A stretch of DNA of 64,000 nucleotides from a bacterium (GCA_965218795.1 OZ244653.1:2912001-2976000), one strand, 5' to 3'. Positions 27,113 through 37,793 are shown, counted from the stretch's first letter. Numbers and translations: made by a program. The notes: generated from the letters alone by a model not told the origin.

Positions 27113-27865
27113 CCGTCCACGAAACCGGGGCAACTCCAGACGGACGAGAAAGAGGCGATCAGGCGGGACCCGGTCCAGCTCAGGCTGAGGGACCTGCTCA
27201 GGCGCAGCGACCTCACCCTCGCCGCCGCGTCCCTGGCCATCGGCCGGAACAAGACCTATCTGCAGCAGTACGTGGACCGGGGCGTGCCCGCGGTGCTCGG
27301 CTACCGCGACAGCGAGGCCCTGGCCGACCTGCTCGGCTGCGACGGCGGGGAGTTGCGCCACGAGAGCGTGCCGAAACGCAGGCCCATGAAGCGCAGACGG
27401 CCCCGTCCGCCTGCCGGGATTCCCGGCGCGCCGGTGGCGGCCATCCCGGAGATCGCGGTGGAGGCCGGAGCCGGGGCGGGGGCGCTCAGCGAGGAGTTCG
27501 TCTCCGAGACGGCGCGCTGGCACTGGCCGGAGAACATGCTCCGCTACGAGGGCGGCGCGGCGCCCGAGAACGTGCGCATCCTCAGGGTGCGGGGCAACTC
27601 GATGGAGCCGGAGATGGGCGAGGGCGACCGGATCGTGGTGGACGTCTCGCGGCGGCTGCCGGCAACGGGCGAGACGTTCGTGCTGTGGGACGGCAACGGG
27701 CTGGTGATCAAGCAGGTCGAGAGGGTGCAAGGCCATGGGGAGGGCGGGGAGGAGCCGCCCCGGCTCAGGCTGCTCTCGGCCAACCCGGACTACGCCCCCT
27801 ACACGTGTCTTGCCCAGGACGCCCACATCCTCGGCAAGGTGTTGTGGGTGGTCAGGAAGGTGTGA
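27113..27865 (+). CDS. HTH plus S24 peptidase (phage CI/LexA-like repressor); 5' start uncertain
   Basis: The frame of ORF 27272 stays open back to 27113 and encodes LAAASLAIGRNKTYLQQYV (HTH); RVRGNSMEP (Ser), VIKQV (Lys), AGAG cleavage-like site. No in-frame ATG (ATG 27109 is out of frame). Confidence 0.75.
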   Translation, partial: PSTKPGQLQTDEKEAIRRDPVQLRLRDLLRRSDLTLAAASLAIGRNKTYLQQYVDRGVPAVLGYRDSEALADLLGCDGGELRHESVPKRRPMKRRRPRPPAGIPGAPVAAIPEIAVEAGAGAGALSEEFVSETARWHWPENMLRYEGGAAPENVRILRVRGNSMEPEMGEGDRIVVDVSRRLPATGETFVLWDGNGLVIKQVERVQGHGEGGEEPPRLRLLSANPDYAPYTCLAQDAHILGKVLWVVRKV

Positions 27866-28022
27866 GGGATGAACGGCCACAAGGTTGCGAAGACAGTTCG
27901 CCGTTACAAGGGATTGATGGGGAACGGTCGCCGCTGCGTCCGGGTGTGTTTCCTTGGCAAGGCTGACGGTAACATTGGCGTATGGTCCAGGAATTCTCAC
28001 CGCGACGATGGAGAGTGATGCA

Positions 28023-28109
28023 ATGGCGAAACGGAGAAGGGCAGATCAAACGAAAGGCATATTCTGCCTGGAGGGATACTGGGACAAGGGCAAGACCTCT
28101 GTTGAAAGG
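28023..28109 (+). pseudogene. N-terminal fragment of a hypothetical (DUF6642-like) gene, truncated at IS630
   Basis: MAKRRRADQTKGIFCLEGYWD runs directly into IS630 sequence. Confidence 0.4.
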
Positions 28110-29016
28110 CTGCGATGCCCGGTATGTGAGCCGATGGAAGACCCGGTTCCAACAAGAGGGACTGGCCGGCTTGTATTCCAGACATTGCGGTCGAGCGGTT
28201 CACAAGCGCACCCCCCGGCTGGAGGCTCGGATTCTGGACTGGACCAGGCGCCGACCACCGGACGGAGCGACGCACTGGAGTAGTCGCAAGCTGGCGCGGC
28301 AGTTGGGCACCAACCACATGATGGTGGCCCGGGTTTGGAAACGTGCGGGTCTGCAACCCCACCGCATTCAACGTTACATGGCATCGAATGATCCGGACTT
28401 TGAGAAGAAGGCGGCCGATATCATTGGCCTCTATGTCAACCCGCCGCAACACGCCGCCGTTTTCTGTGTGGATGAAAAAACCGCCATTCAGGCCTTGGAC
28501 CGATTCGATCCCGTGTTGCCGCTTTCTCCGGGTCGCGCCGAGCGTCACGGTTTCGAGTATTACCGGCACGGAACGCTCTCGCTGTATGCGGCCCTGAATA
28601 CAAAGACCGGCGAGGTCATCGGCAAGACCGCAGCGAGGCACACCAGCGAGGCCTTTGTGGCTTTCCTTTCTGGCATCGTGGCCAGACAACCCAAGCGGCG
28701 TGAAATTCACATCATCGCAGACAATCTGTCGGCTCATAAGAGCCGCCGCGTGCGACAGTTTCTTGACGCTCACCCGCGCGTGCATTTGCATTTCACCCCA
28801 ACTTATTCCTCTTGGTTGAATCAGGTCGAAATCTGGTTCGCAAAAATCCAACGCGACGTCATTGCCCGCGGCGTCTTCACTTCGGTTCCTGATTTGGCTC
28901 GAAAACTGATGCGCTATATTCGACAGTGCAACAAGAAACCCAAACCCATCAAGTGGAGCTATACTGATGGCTCACGGCGAATCACCACTAGCAAAGTCTC
29001 TGTTACAAGGTACTAG
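28110..29016 (+). mobile_element. IS630-family transposase, 5'-truncated
   Basis: GATHWSSRKLA, VDEK, YYRHGT, DNLSAHK, PTYSSWLNQVE; right end at CTAG; left IR not found. Confidence 0.88.
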
Positions 29017-29262
29017 ATCGCGCCCGGCGCTCTTCTGCTCGACGAGCAGGACGCCCGGCCAGAACAGGTCGATGTAGCCGTGCGTGTTGTCGAGGTTCCT
29101 GACGGGTTCCTCGAAGGCGGCCACCCTGCGGACGGGCACGCCGAAGACATCGAAGAAGTCGTTGTAGAAGAGCTGGGTCTGCCCCTTCTCGTAGCCCTCG
29201 CCCGCCCATTCCCGCGCGAAGGCGGCGGCGCGGGCGCGAATCTCATTCCACGACAGGCGCAT
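29012..29262 (-). pseudogene. N-terminal fragment of an MmeI-like type IIL restriction-modification enzyme, truncated by IS630
   Basis: MRLSWNEIRARAAAFAREW...IDLFWPGVLLVEQKSAGRDL, with a PD-(D/E)xK-type motif, ends at the IS630 terminus. Confidence 0.8.
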
Positions 29263-29414
29263 TCAGTCGGGTCTTTCTGCTTTGTCCGGGAGCGAATTTC
29301 CGGGTCAGGCGGCGGTACGCCTGCGCGGGAATGACGACCCGCAGAGCGTCCAAGTCCTCATCCAGCCTGTCCGATCGTATTGCTTCACGCCGTCGATCCG
29401 ACCGGAGCCCGGCT

Positions 29415-30239
29415 TCAGAACGCATAGCGAAAGGAGAGCATAAACCCATGACTCGCCAGATCTGCCTGGGTTGAAGCGAGATCGAGATCCAGCGGCGCGC
29501 GGCTTCCGTCGCGCCAGACGATCCGGCCCCGGCCCCTGCCGGTTTCGACGGCGCCGTAATCCGTGTAACGCCAGGCGAGATCGAGGGTCACCTTCTCCCC
29601 GAGCGGCGCCGAGACTCCTGCGGTCAGCATCCAGGCGAGATTGACCCGTTGTCCGCCCGGAACGATGGTCGTCGTCCTCGTGAACTCCATGCGCGTCTCT
29701 TCGATGTCGATGCGGACGAGACCAACACCGGCGCCGATGAACGGGCCGAAGGGACCGAGCCGGGGCAGGCCGAGTTCGGAGAGGTCGAGATAGGCGGCGA
29801 GCATACCGGTCAAGGAGGACAGATCCGCGGAGACGGCCTGCCGGCCCGTGGTCTGGGTAAAATTGGCGCGGCCCTCGAAGGAGAAGCCCGGGCGGTGCTG
29901 AACGAGGGCTTCGAGCCGCAGGGCGGGCGCCGCGGCATAACCGATGCCGAGCGCGAAACCGGCCGTGATCCCGAAATCGCCGAGGGAGCTCAGGGGCGCG
30001 CCGTCGTTACCGCTTCCGCAGCCATAGAGGGCCGCCGGGGAGGTGCTCGAACAGTCCTCATCCTTGAACCGCGTTTGTGCCGACCCGTCCAGAACAAACC
30101 CGGCCCGGAAATAGAAATCATCCGGGGCCACGGATCCCGAGGACACCGGCCTCTGCGCGGATGTGATGGCCGGAACAGCCGTGGCCGCGACCGCCGCGAT
30201 GAGCGCTGTCCGAAACCATGACGCACAATGATGGATCAT
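29415..30239 (-). CDS. Outer membrane beta-barrel protein (opacity/OmpW-like)
   Basis: Signal peptide, PFIGAGVG, terminal RYAF; start set at ATG 30239. Confidence 0.75.
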   Translation of the reverse strand: MIHHCASWFRTALIAAVAATAVPAITSAQRPVSSGSVAPDDFYFRAGFVLDGSAQTRFKDEDCSSTSPAALYGCGSGNDGAPLSSLGDFGITAGFALGIGYAAAPALRLEALVQHRPGFSFEGRANFTQTTGRQAVSADLSSLTGMLAAYLDLSELGLPRLGPFGPFIGAGVGLVRIDIEETRMEFTRTTTIVPGGQRVNLAWMLTAGVSAPLGEKVTLDLAWRYTDYGAVETGRGRGRIVWRDGSRAPLDLDLASTQADLASHGFMLSFRYAF

Positions 30240-30407
30240 GGGTTTTCCCCGGTCTTCGCGCCGACCGAGGCGGCGGCGCAGACGCGAATCTCGTTCCACG
30301 ACAGGCGCATGTCATCGGGTTCTTTTCTCACCGGGATTCTCCGAACGGTCCTCGTCTGCCACCGGAATCATAACCGGGCGGGACGAACCGATGGCCTTTG
30401 GGGGGCC

Positions 30408-30933
30408 TTATGACGGTTTTCCGAACGTGGCGACCCGATCCACGCGACACTCGAACAGGACGCGCTTCTCCTCGATCACGGGGTCTCTGAGCGCGTAGGG
30501 CGGGTCCTGGCCCGTGTATTTCGTCCAGATGCGGTCGAGCTGCTCACCGGCTTTCTCCCCGCCCGGCTCGCCTTCTCGTATCTCGTTGGTGACCGTGCAC
30601 TTGATGCTCATCCAGTGGTAAGGGTTCTCGGGGTTCACGAGCAGGATCGTGAGGCGCGGGTTTTCTCTTATCCACCCGCATTTCGCTCGGTGCGAGGCCG
30701 TGTTCACCAAAATCGTATCGCCCTCGTAGTCAAACCACATGGGCGTTCAGATTCACCCGCCCGTCCGGGCCGGTTAAACCCAGCGTGACCGTGATCGGCA
30801 TGTCCAGCAATTGTTTGTAGATGGGGTCCAGCTCCGCCAGGCCGCTCGCCTTTTTCCTCTCGCCCACCGCGAACTGGCCCTCCTGCACGCCCTCGGACAC
30901 ATCCTTGAACCGGGCTACGGTGAATTCCGCCAT
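30408..30933 (-). pseudogene. Pyridoxamine 5'-phosphate oxidase-family (PPOX class) protein split by a frameshift
   Basis: ORFs 30730-30933 and 30408-30740 join as PDGRVNLTPMWFDY if one A near 30746 is removed; GGAGG RBS. Confidence 0.75.
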
Positions 30934-31344
30934 CGCGCGCCTCCTCCTGATGAAAAGAAATGGATTTTCCGAACGCTAGCAGAGGGGAGGCGATGCGGCA
31001 AGAGGAGTGGATGATGCCCTTGACATGTACTGAGGCGGTCATCACCTGACAGTTTGACCGTCAGCTCGCGACCGCAAGCGTCGGGCGCGCCGGCTTCGCC
31101 TGCGCAATCATGCGTGATGCCGAAGGGCGTTAGCGCCGAACGACAGGCGCGATAGCCATGGCCGCGGGGCCGGGATGACGGCGCAGCGCGAACGAGCATG
31201 GGCGGACATCTTGCATATCGGGCCGCGCTTTGTGATAAATTAGGGACGGGAATGAACAAGCGGTCGCGACCTGTTCCCCCCGATCGGGGGCGCTTTTTCG
31301 GCGCCGGCGTGTTTGTTGCTGGATACGAAAGGGAGGGGTGAAGG

Positions 31345-32220
31345 ATGAAGAAATTCAGGATGACGTTGGGAGCGGTTCTTTTTTCCCTGGCAACGATGCC
31401 GTTCCTGGTCGCCAACGCCGCCGGGATGGACGGATGGTACGGCGGCCTGGAGCTGGGAATGGCGATGTCTCCGGAGATCGCGATATCCGGTCAGGACAAC
31501 GATTTCCAAGGAAGTAGCAACGTTTGCGACGGGTTCATTGGAGGTGATCCAGGTCATTCTGACTGCGTTGCCCGCGGCAACACATGGGAAAACGCGTTCG
31601 ACGGAGGCACCGGGATTCTGTCCGGTTTGACGTTGGGCTACCGTCTGGGTTCGATCAGAATCGAGGGGGAGTATTTCTATCGCACCGCAGGCTATGACCA
31701 TGAGAACACGCCGACGATTGCGGGCTTGTCAGAGGAGAAGCTCAACGAATTGGGCGTCGGCATCAACAGTTCCGTCCATCTCGGCGACCTCGCATCCCAC
31801 AGTCTTTTCTTCAACGTCTACTATGACATCCCCATCGGCACGAAGTTTCGGCCGTACGTGGGAGCGGGAGCGGGTTATTCAAGCATCTCGTTTGATTATG
31901 CCGCCAACTTCACGCGGTCCGTAGATCTGGATCCCCCTGTTGCCGGAACGACCACCGTTGCCAAAGAGACGTTTTCGGATGACGGGTTTGGTTATCAGTT
32001 GCTCGCGGGTGTGGATTATCTACTCAACGACCGGGTCACCCTGGGACTCAAGCTCCGATGGGCCAAATTTGGCGAATTCAAGGACGACGGGACCCCCTGG
32101 GACCGCCTTCGCAGCCATGATTCGCTCACCGGGCCCGGCGGCGATCCGATTGTCTACAGTGTAGAGACGGACGATATCCAGTTCTGGGGGTTGAGCCTTG
32201 CCTTGAAATACCGGTTTTGA
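31345..32220 (+). CDS. Outer membrane beta-barrel protein
   Basis: Signal peptide, RIEGEY, PYVGAGAG, GYQLLAGVDY, terminal YRF; paralogous in style to 29415-30239. Confidence 0.85.
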   Translation: MKKFRMTLGAVLFSLATMPFLVANAAGMDGWYGGLELGMAMSPEIAISGQDNDFQGSSNVCDGFIGGDPGHSDCVARGNTWENAFDGGTGILSGLTLGYRLGSIRIEGEYFYRTAGYDHENTPTIAGLSEEKLNELGVGINSSVHLGDLASHSLFFNVYYDIPIGTKFRPYVGAGAGYSSISFDYAANFTRSVDLDPPVAGTTTVAKETFSDDGFGYQLLAGVDYLLNDRVTLGLKLRWAKFGEFKDDGTPWDRLRSHDSLTGPGGDPIVYSVETDDIQFWGLSLALKYRF

Positions 32221-32815
32221 ACGATGACCATCTCCCGTTGGTTGTGGCGGGAGTTTTGTGGCCACCGGCAAGGAACTCGGCCAACGCATTTTCGGCGATT
32301 TCTGCAATAATTGTCCGTCCTGATGCACCATAAGCGTGGTTGGCTGCGGTCTTGTTCAGCCTGACCTGCTCCTTGGGATGAAACTCGCCCGTAACGCCTG
32401 GAAAATCCCCCGGGAAAAAGGCCCTGAATCGCCCGGAAAAAAAGCGTTTCCGGGGCCTTTTTCGGCCGTTGCAAGGCCGTAATCTACAGATAATTTTTTT
32501 CGGTTGTTTCGGGGTTCGAGCGGTCGTCCAGGTGTTCTCCAGGGTGCGCTGTCTGACCCTCAGCGGGGCGCTGTCCGCCCATCCAGGCATAAAAAGCTGC
32601 TTCTCACCCCTTCGGTCGTTAAATTGTCCCGAAAAAGGCGCTTGTTACGCGATTTTTAGGCGTTTGACGCAAGAAAGCGGCGGTCGGATTTGCGACCACC
32701 GAGGCGCATTTGAGACGCATCTTTGCGACGCGCCGCCACGGCCCCCACAGCCACTCCCGTTCCGGTATGTTCCGCCAAGTTCCGCATAGGTTCGTTAAAA
32801 CGGCCCCTACAGATA

Positions 32816-34083
32816 TGACCTGCCCCCTTCCAACGAGTCCAGTTTATAAATGAGTAAACCTGGATTTTCGGAAGGAGGGGAAGGATGGCCAGGAAGCGGT
32901 TTACAGCGGAACAGATCGTCATCAAGCTGCGAGAGGCGGAGGTGTCCCAGGCCCAGGGGAAGACGGTGGTCCAGGTGTGCAAGCAGCTCGGGGTGACTGA
33001 GCAGACCTACTACCGGTGGAGGAAGGAGTATGGGGGTCTGAGGATGGACCAGGCCAAGCGTCTGAAGTCGCTGGAGAAGGAGAATGCCCGTCTGAAGAAG
33101 CTGGTGGCGGATCTGTCCCTGGACAACCAGATTCTGAAGGAAGTCTCCTCGGGAAACTTCTAGGCCCGGCAGCGGAGACGAGCCGTGGTATGGGTCAGAG
33201 AGCGATTCGGACCTGAGCGAGTCTCCGAGCGTCGGGCCTGCCGCTTGTTGGGACAGGCCAGGTCCACCCAACGAAGAGTCCGGCAGATTCCCAAGGAAGA
33301 GGCACAACTGGTGATCCGGATGGTGGAGTTGGCCAGTCAGTACGGCCGATACGGGTACCGGAGGATCACGGCGATGCTTCGTTGGGAGGGGTGGAAGGTG
33401 AACCCCAAGCGCGTGGAAAGGCTCTGGAGGCAGGAAGGGCTGAAGGTCCCGTCCAGACAGCCGAAACGCAGGAGACTGTGGCTCCATGACGGCTCCTGCG
33501 TGCGCCTGAGACCGACTCATCGGAACCATGTCTGGAGCTATGACTTCATGCATGAGCGTACCCAGGAGGGGAGAGCTTTCCGGCTGCTGACCATTTTGGA
33601 TGAGTACAGCCGGGAATGTTTATCCATTGATGTCCAAAGGCAGATGAATCACCAGGATGTGCTGGAGCGGTTGGCAGAGCTGTTCGTGGGCCGGGGCGTC
33701 CCTGAATACCTCCGGTCAGATAACGGTTCGGAGTTCACGGCTCGGGTGGTCAGGCACTGGCTCAAGGCGGTTGGCGTGAGGACGTTGTACATCGAGCCAG
33801 GGAGTCCCTGGGAGAACGGATATGTGGAGAGTTTCAACGGGAAGCTGAGGGATGAGCTCCTGAATATGGAGGTGTTTGAGACGCTGAAGGAAGCCCAGGT
33901 GCTGGTGGAGAGGTGGAGGTGGGAGTACAACCAGCGACGGCCTCACAGCGCCTTGGCCTACCGGCCGCCTGCGCCAGAGGCCAGATTCCCAAGATCCCAA
34001 GCCTTGGCGCCGGTCCCCCGGAGTGGACTTCAAATGGTCCCGTGTCTAACGTAGCAGGTGGTCTCGTTCGTGGGGGCACGTCA
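32816..34083 (+). mobile_element. Full-length IS3-family element (orfA 32885-33163, orfB ~33164-34054)
   Basis: IRL TGACCTGCCCCCTTCCAACGAGTCCA and IRR (rc) TGACGTGCCCCCACGAACGAGACCA; DDE motifs [21 protein letters not shown]. Confidence 0.93.
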
Positions 34084-34263
34084 GTCAAAGAGGACGATTG
34101 AACCGCTCAAGGAAACCTTCGGTGAGGCGGTCAAGAAGGTAATCCGCAGCAAGAATCCAAAAGAAGAGCAGACCCTCCAGAAAGAACAGGGTGTTGCCGA
34201 ATCGTCGAACATTTACCGGCCGAAACGGTCTAAACCTTCAAGTAAATAGGGAGTAAGGAACTA

Positions 34264-34473
34264 ATGTCGAATAATATTCCTGAAATCAACACGGAATATG
34301 ATTTTTCCCCTGCCACCAAGTTCGATGTAGACATGATGATTACCGAGCGCATTTTACAATTCCATGATGCACTTATTAGCCGTGGTCAAATCAAACCTAT
34401 TGCATCTGAATCCGCGGAATGGGCGAATCATCCCAAGGCAGCTGAGAAGGCAGTTAATGAGGTATCTGTCTAG
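34264..34473 (+). CDS. Small hypothetical protein
   Basis: AAGGA RBS, 69 aa; no motif recognised. Confidence 0.4.
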   Translation: MSNNIPEINTEYDFSPATKFDVDMMITERILQFHDALISRGQIKPIASESAEWANHPKAAEKAVNEVSV

Positions 34474-34811
34474 TCCTTTCCGTTACATCCTGTTGGCCAC
34501 CTGCAGTTAGGATGACCATCGATAAGATCGCGCTCCTCGTTTTTTCGAGCGGTCACGTTTCTGTTCAAGTGAACATGATAATGAGTTGCTTCTTTTCTAT
34601 TCACGCATCCTTCACTATTGGCCGCGTCATAGCGTTCCCTTAAATCTCCTTGTCCGATATATATCGGATGCCAAGTATTGCCTACAATTTTGGCAAAAAT
34701 ATAGTTTCCTTCAGATGTTGGCTTGAGAGAAGTCTAGCTCAGAATGGAGGGCGGGTCAATTCTCATTCAGCGCTAGTAGTCGTAGCGGAGGAAATTGACA
34801 AGGCTCTGGTG

Positions 34812-35198
34812 TCAGGCAGACGGTTCCACAACCCAAACAGATTCTTTTGCTAACTTTTTTTTGACACTTTGCGTTTTGTCCCCCTCAACTTCGGAATGGG
34901 AGTAGCAATCTTCAAGGGGTCTATGTACAGCTTTAAGCTTGAGATCTTTGAGTAATTTTACCGATATTGAAGCCAAAAAAAATCCGTCATGCCCCTTCAG
35001 GGCATACTCAGGCCCTGGACAAATCCTCTCAAGACAAGCGGACATGGGAGTACCATCTCTGTTGTCTTGGTATGCCTGAGATGAAGGGCGCTTTCCTCCC
35101 GTGTTTTCATCAGGAACGCACCATTGTGGAGGGACGCGACGCCAGAGGATGTCATCATCATAGATCAAACAGATTTTAAGGTCTTTGGATGCCGTCAT
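34812..35198 (-). CDS. Hypothetical protein, possible ADP-ribosyltransferase-like fold
   Basis: Third gene of the TIGR04255 operon; LWRR...MS...HSEV spacing recalls ART R-S-E motifs (inference). Confidence 0.55.
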   Translation of the reverse strand: MTASKDLKICLIYDDDILWRRVPPQWCVPDENTGGKRPSSQAYQDNRDGTPMSACLERICPGPEYALKGHDGFFLASISVKLLKDLKLKAVHRPLEDCYSHSEVEGDKTQSVKKKLAKESVWVVEPSA

Positions 35199-35223
35199 TC
35201 GCCGTCAATTTGGAGGGTATGGG

Positions 35224-35790
35224 CTACGAGTCTACACACTTAACGACCAAGCCCTGAAGTAGCTCTATGTGGTTCGCTGGATCGTCTTCTCTTTCGAATG
35301 GCTCTTCCCCTTTTCCTTCGTAGGAAAACGCCCCCCCAGAATCAGGATAGATTTCAATCTCTAGGTCCACCCCATTTCTGTGCCATTCCAGTTGAACACC
35401 TCCCCTGGCGGTTGGGACTACCGAAGGAGATGGGAGAGAGAAAGAAGGGTTGACTATACCAGAGAGGATATCGAAAGCTCTCAGTATGGATTTCTCGTTA
35501 ATTGGCGGTGCGTCATACGAATCCCAGTTTTGCTGCAAATTCATCAAGAGAACCAATTTTGAACAGATGGGGGCATACCAGTTGAAAGATAACTCGTCCT
35601 TCTCTCTCAGAAGAAATGTTCCCCTTTTGCAAACGAATTCTCTCTGGTATGTTGGTGGTTCTCTGGACAGAAGAAAATCGTCTTGCGACTGAGGGTTGGT
35701 AACACTGTCTACGGTAAGGTCACGCTCACTCAGAGCCCTTTCCGTGGCATAGATATCTTCATACGGTGCATCCACCGTCCAGGCTGTCAC
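35224..35790 (-). CDS. Hypothetical protein with NWDSY motif
   Basis: GTG 35790 overlaps the upstream TGA (GTGA); NWDSYDAPPI and PTARGGVQLEW motifs. Confidence 0.65.
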   Translation of the reverse strand: MTAWTVDAPYEDIYATERALSERDLTVDSVTNPQSQDDFLLSREPPTYQREFVCKRGTFLLREKDELSFNWYAPICSKLVLLMNLQQNWDSYDAPPINEKSILRAFDILSGIVNPSFSLPSPSVVPTARGGVQLEWHRNGVDLEIEIYPDSGGAFSYEGKGEEPFEREDDPANHIELLQGLVVKCVDS

Positions 35791-36617
35791 TGGAAGCGCT
35801 CCCAAATTTTGTGCATATTCTCTTCCGTTATTGATGCAAAGCCTCTCACAATCCACTCCCTCCCTTCATTGAAAAAAGGAATGACACCATCGCCCTCACC
35901 ATCCAGGGGCTTCCCTCTCGCAATAAGGGTCATGGCAATCAGGGGCTTATTGTCCGTTTTTTGAAATCCCGGCCGGACAATGATATTCAGCCGCCCCAAG
36001 GGCTTGTCTCCCTCCCTCGGGATCTGGTAGCGAACGGCAAATGTCACATCTTCTGGCTGCGGAAGGAATGAATCGCTATATCTCGCGTCCCAAACTGTGA
36101 AAAGCTTTTCTAGCTCTCCATGATGCTTCCACCCCTCCCCCTGGAAGATGTGATTCACATATGTGATTTCACATTGGTTGGGGACAAATTCACCAAGTCC
36201 CTCATCTGAAAGGAACTTTTTGTAAATGTCGAAGTCTTTCTTGAAGGACTCACTGATGATTTCGTAGTGGGGGTACGGCTCGTCCCCTTGAATTTTTCGC
36301 CAATTTCGAATGAAACGATCTTGTTGAACCTGTATAAGCTCCGTCTTTTCTTCATTTAAAAGCCAGAGCCTAGGAACCGGCGGTTCATTGAAAACATTAA
36401 ATTCCAGCGTTGGAGATATTTGTTCCCCGAACTTCTCCGTTGCAGGATTCATGGGAGGATGCTCTTCAAAATTCGGGAAATCTTTTTTGAAAATTTCCCG
36501 GATGGAACCGAGATGAACCAAACGCAGGGATTGCAAGGGGTCACACTGTACGGAGAGAGCGACTTCCGTTACGGGAGGATTATGGAAATCTGGCAAGCGC
36601 TGGTTTTCTTCGTTCAT
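35787..36617 (-). CDS. TIGR04255 family protein
   Basis: LPDFHNPPVTEVALSVQ, LIQVQQDRFIRNW, YPHYE, CEITYVNHI; AAGG RBS. Confidence 0.8.
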   Translation of the reverse strand: MNEENQRLPDFHNPPVTEVALSVQCDPLQSLRLVHLGSIREIFKKDFPNFEEHPPMNPATEKFGEQISPTLEFNVFNEPPVPRLWLLNEEKTELIQVQQDRFIRNWRKIQGDEPYPHYEIISESFKKDFDIYKKFLSDEGLGEFVPNQCEITYVNHIFQGEGWKHHGELEKLFTVWDARYSDSFLPQPEDVTFAVRYQIPREGDKPLGRLNIIVRPGFQKTDNKPLIAMTLIARGKPLDGEGDGVIPFFNEGREWIVRGFASITEENMHKIWERFQ

Positions 36618-36648
36618 CCTTAAGGAATGCCCTGCAGGGCTTTATTTC

Positions 36649-36677
36649 TTGACAACCGATTTCCGGCGTTGTACAAA
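36649..36677 (+). promoter_or_regulatory. Sigma70-like promoter
   Basis: TTGACA-17 bp-TACAAA, pointing away from the TIGR04255 coding sequence, through its upstream region. Confidence 0.55.
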
Positions 36678-36715
36678 AAGAGTGACAGTTGCCCAGTTTA
36701 CTGCACCCACCCAAG

Positions 36716-36749
36716 AAGCCACTGGCGACCCACCAGTGGCTTTGTTGTT
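36716..36749 (+). terminator. Rho-independent terminator-like hairpin
   Basis: AAGCCACTGG-7 nt-CCAGTGGCTT followed by TGTTGTT. Confidence 0.6.
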
Positions 36750-36958
36750 ACTTCTTTATCCCAATTCCATTGACATGTCAAAGGTATTCTGAACGGCATT
36801 TTTTAGATCTTTCCACCACTCTGGATCATCCATGACTTTCTCCCCTTGCGTTGGTACAATTAAGTATGTAATTCCCTTTCAAATGCAAGGACAACGACTC
36901 CGTCAAAATGCAAGGCGCGAAGTTGATTCTTTCTGAAGTTGAACGATTGAATGTGGAC

Positions 36959-37793
36959 TGACGTGCCCCCACGAACGAGACCACCTGCTACGTTAGACAC
37001 GGGACCATTTGAAGTCCACTCCGGGGGACCGGCGCCAAGGCTTGGGATCTTGGGAATCTGGCCTCTGGCGCAGGCGGCCGGTAGGCCAAGGCGCTGTGAG
37101 GCCGTCGCTGGTTGTACTCCCACCTCCACCTCTCCACCAGCACCTGGGCTTCCTTCAGCGTCTCAAACACCTCCATATTCAGGAGCTCATCCCTCAGCTT
37201 CCCGTTGAAACTCTCCACATATCCGTTCTCCCAGGGACTCCCTGGCTCGATGTACAACGTCCTCACGCCAACCGCCTTGAGCCAGTCCCTGACCACCCGA
37301 GCCGTGAACTCCGAACCGTTATCTGACCGGAGGTATTCAGGGACGCCCCGGCCACAAACAGCTCTGCCAACCGCTCCAGCACATCCTGGTGATTCATCTG
37401 CCTTGGGGGCATCAATGGATAAACATTCAAAGGCTGTACTCATCCAAAATGGTCAGCAGCCGGAAAGCTCTCCCCTCCTGGGTACGCTCATGCATGAAGT
37501 CATAGCTCCAGACATGGTTCCGATGAGTCGGTCTCAGGCGCACGCAGGAGCCGTCATGGAGCCACAGTCTCCTGCGTTTCGGCTGTCTGGACGGGACCTT
37601 CAGCCCTTCCTGCCTCCAGAGCCTTTCCACGCGCTTGGGGTTCACCTTCCACCCCTCCCAACGAAGCATCGCCGTGATCCTCCGGTACCCGTATCGGCCG
37701 TACTGACTGGCCAACTCCACCATCCGGATCACCAGTTGTGCCTCTTCCTTGGGAATCTGCCGGACTCTTCGTTGGGTGGACCTGGCCTGTCCC
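36959..37793 (-). mobile_element. Second IS3 copy, inverted, 5'-truncated and frameshifted
   Basis: Near-identical reverse complement of ~33250-34083, including the IRR; indels near 37355-37440. Confidence 0.92.

Noticed and set aside
32240-32810. Gene or IS remnant between the OMP gene and IS3
   Set aside because: Looks like degraded mobile DNA, but no recognisable motif or terminus.
32816-37793. Intact composite transposon with target-site duplication
   Set aside because: The right IS3 copy lacks its outer end and no flanking duplication was found; kept only as IS-flanked cargo.
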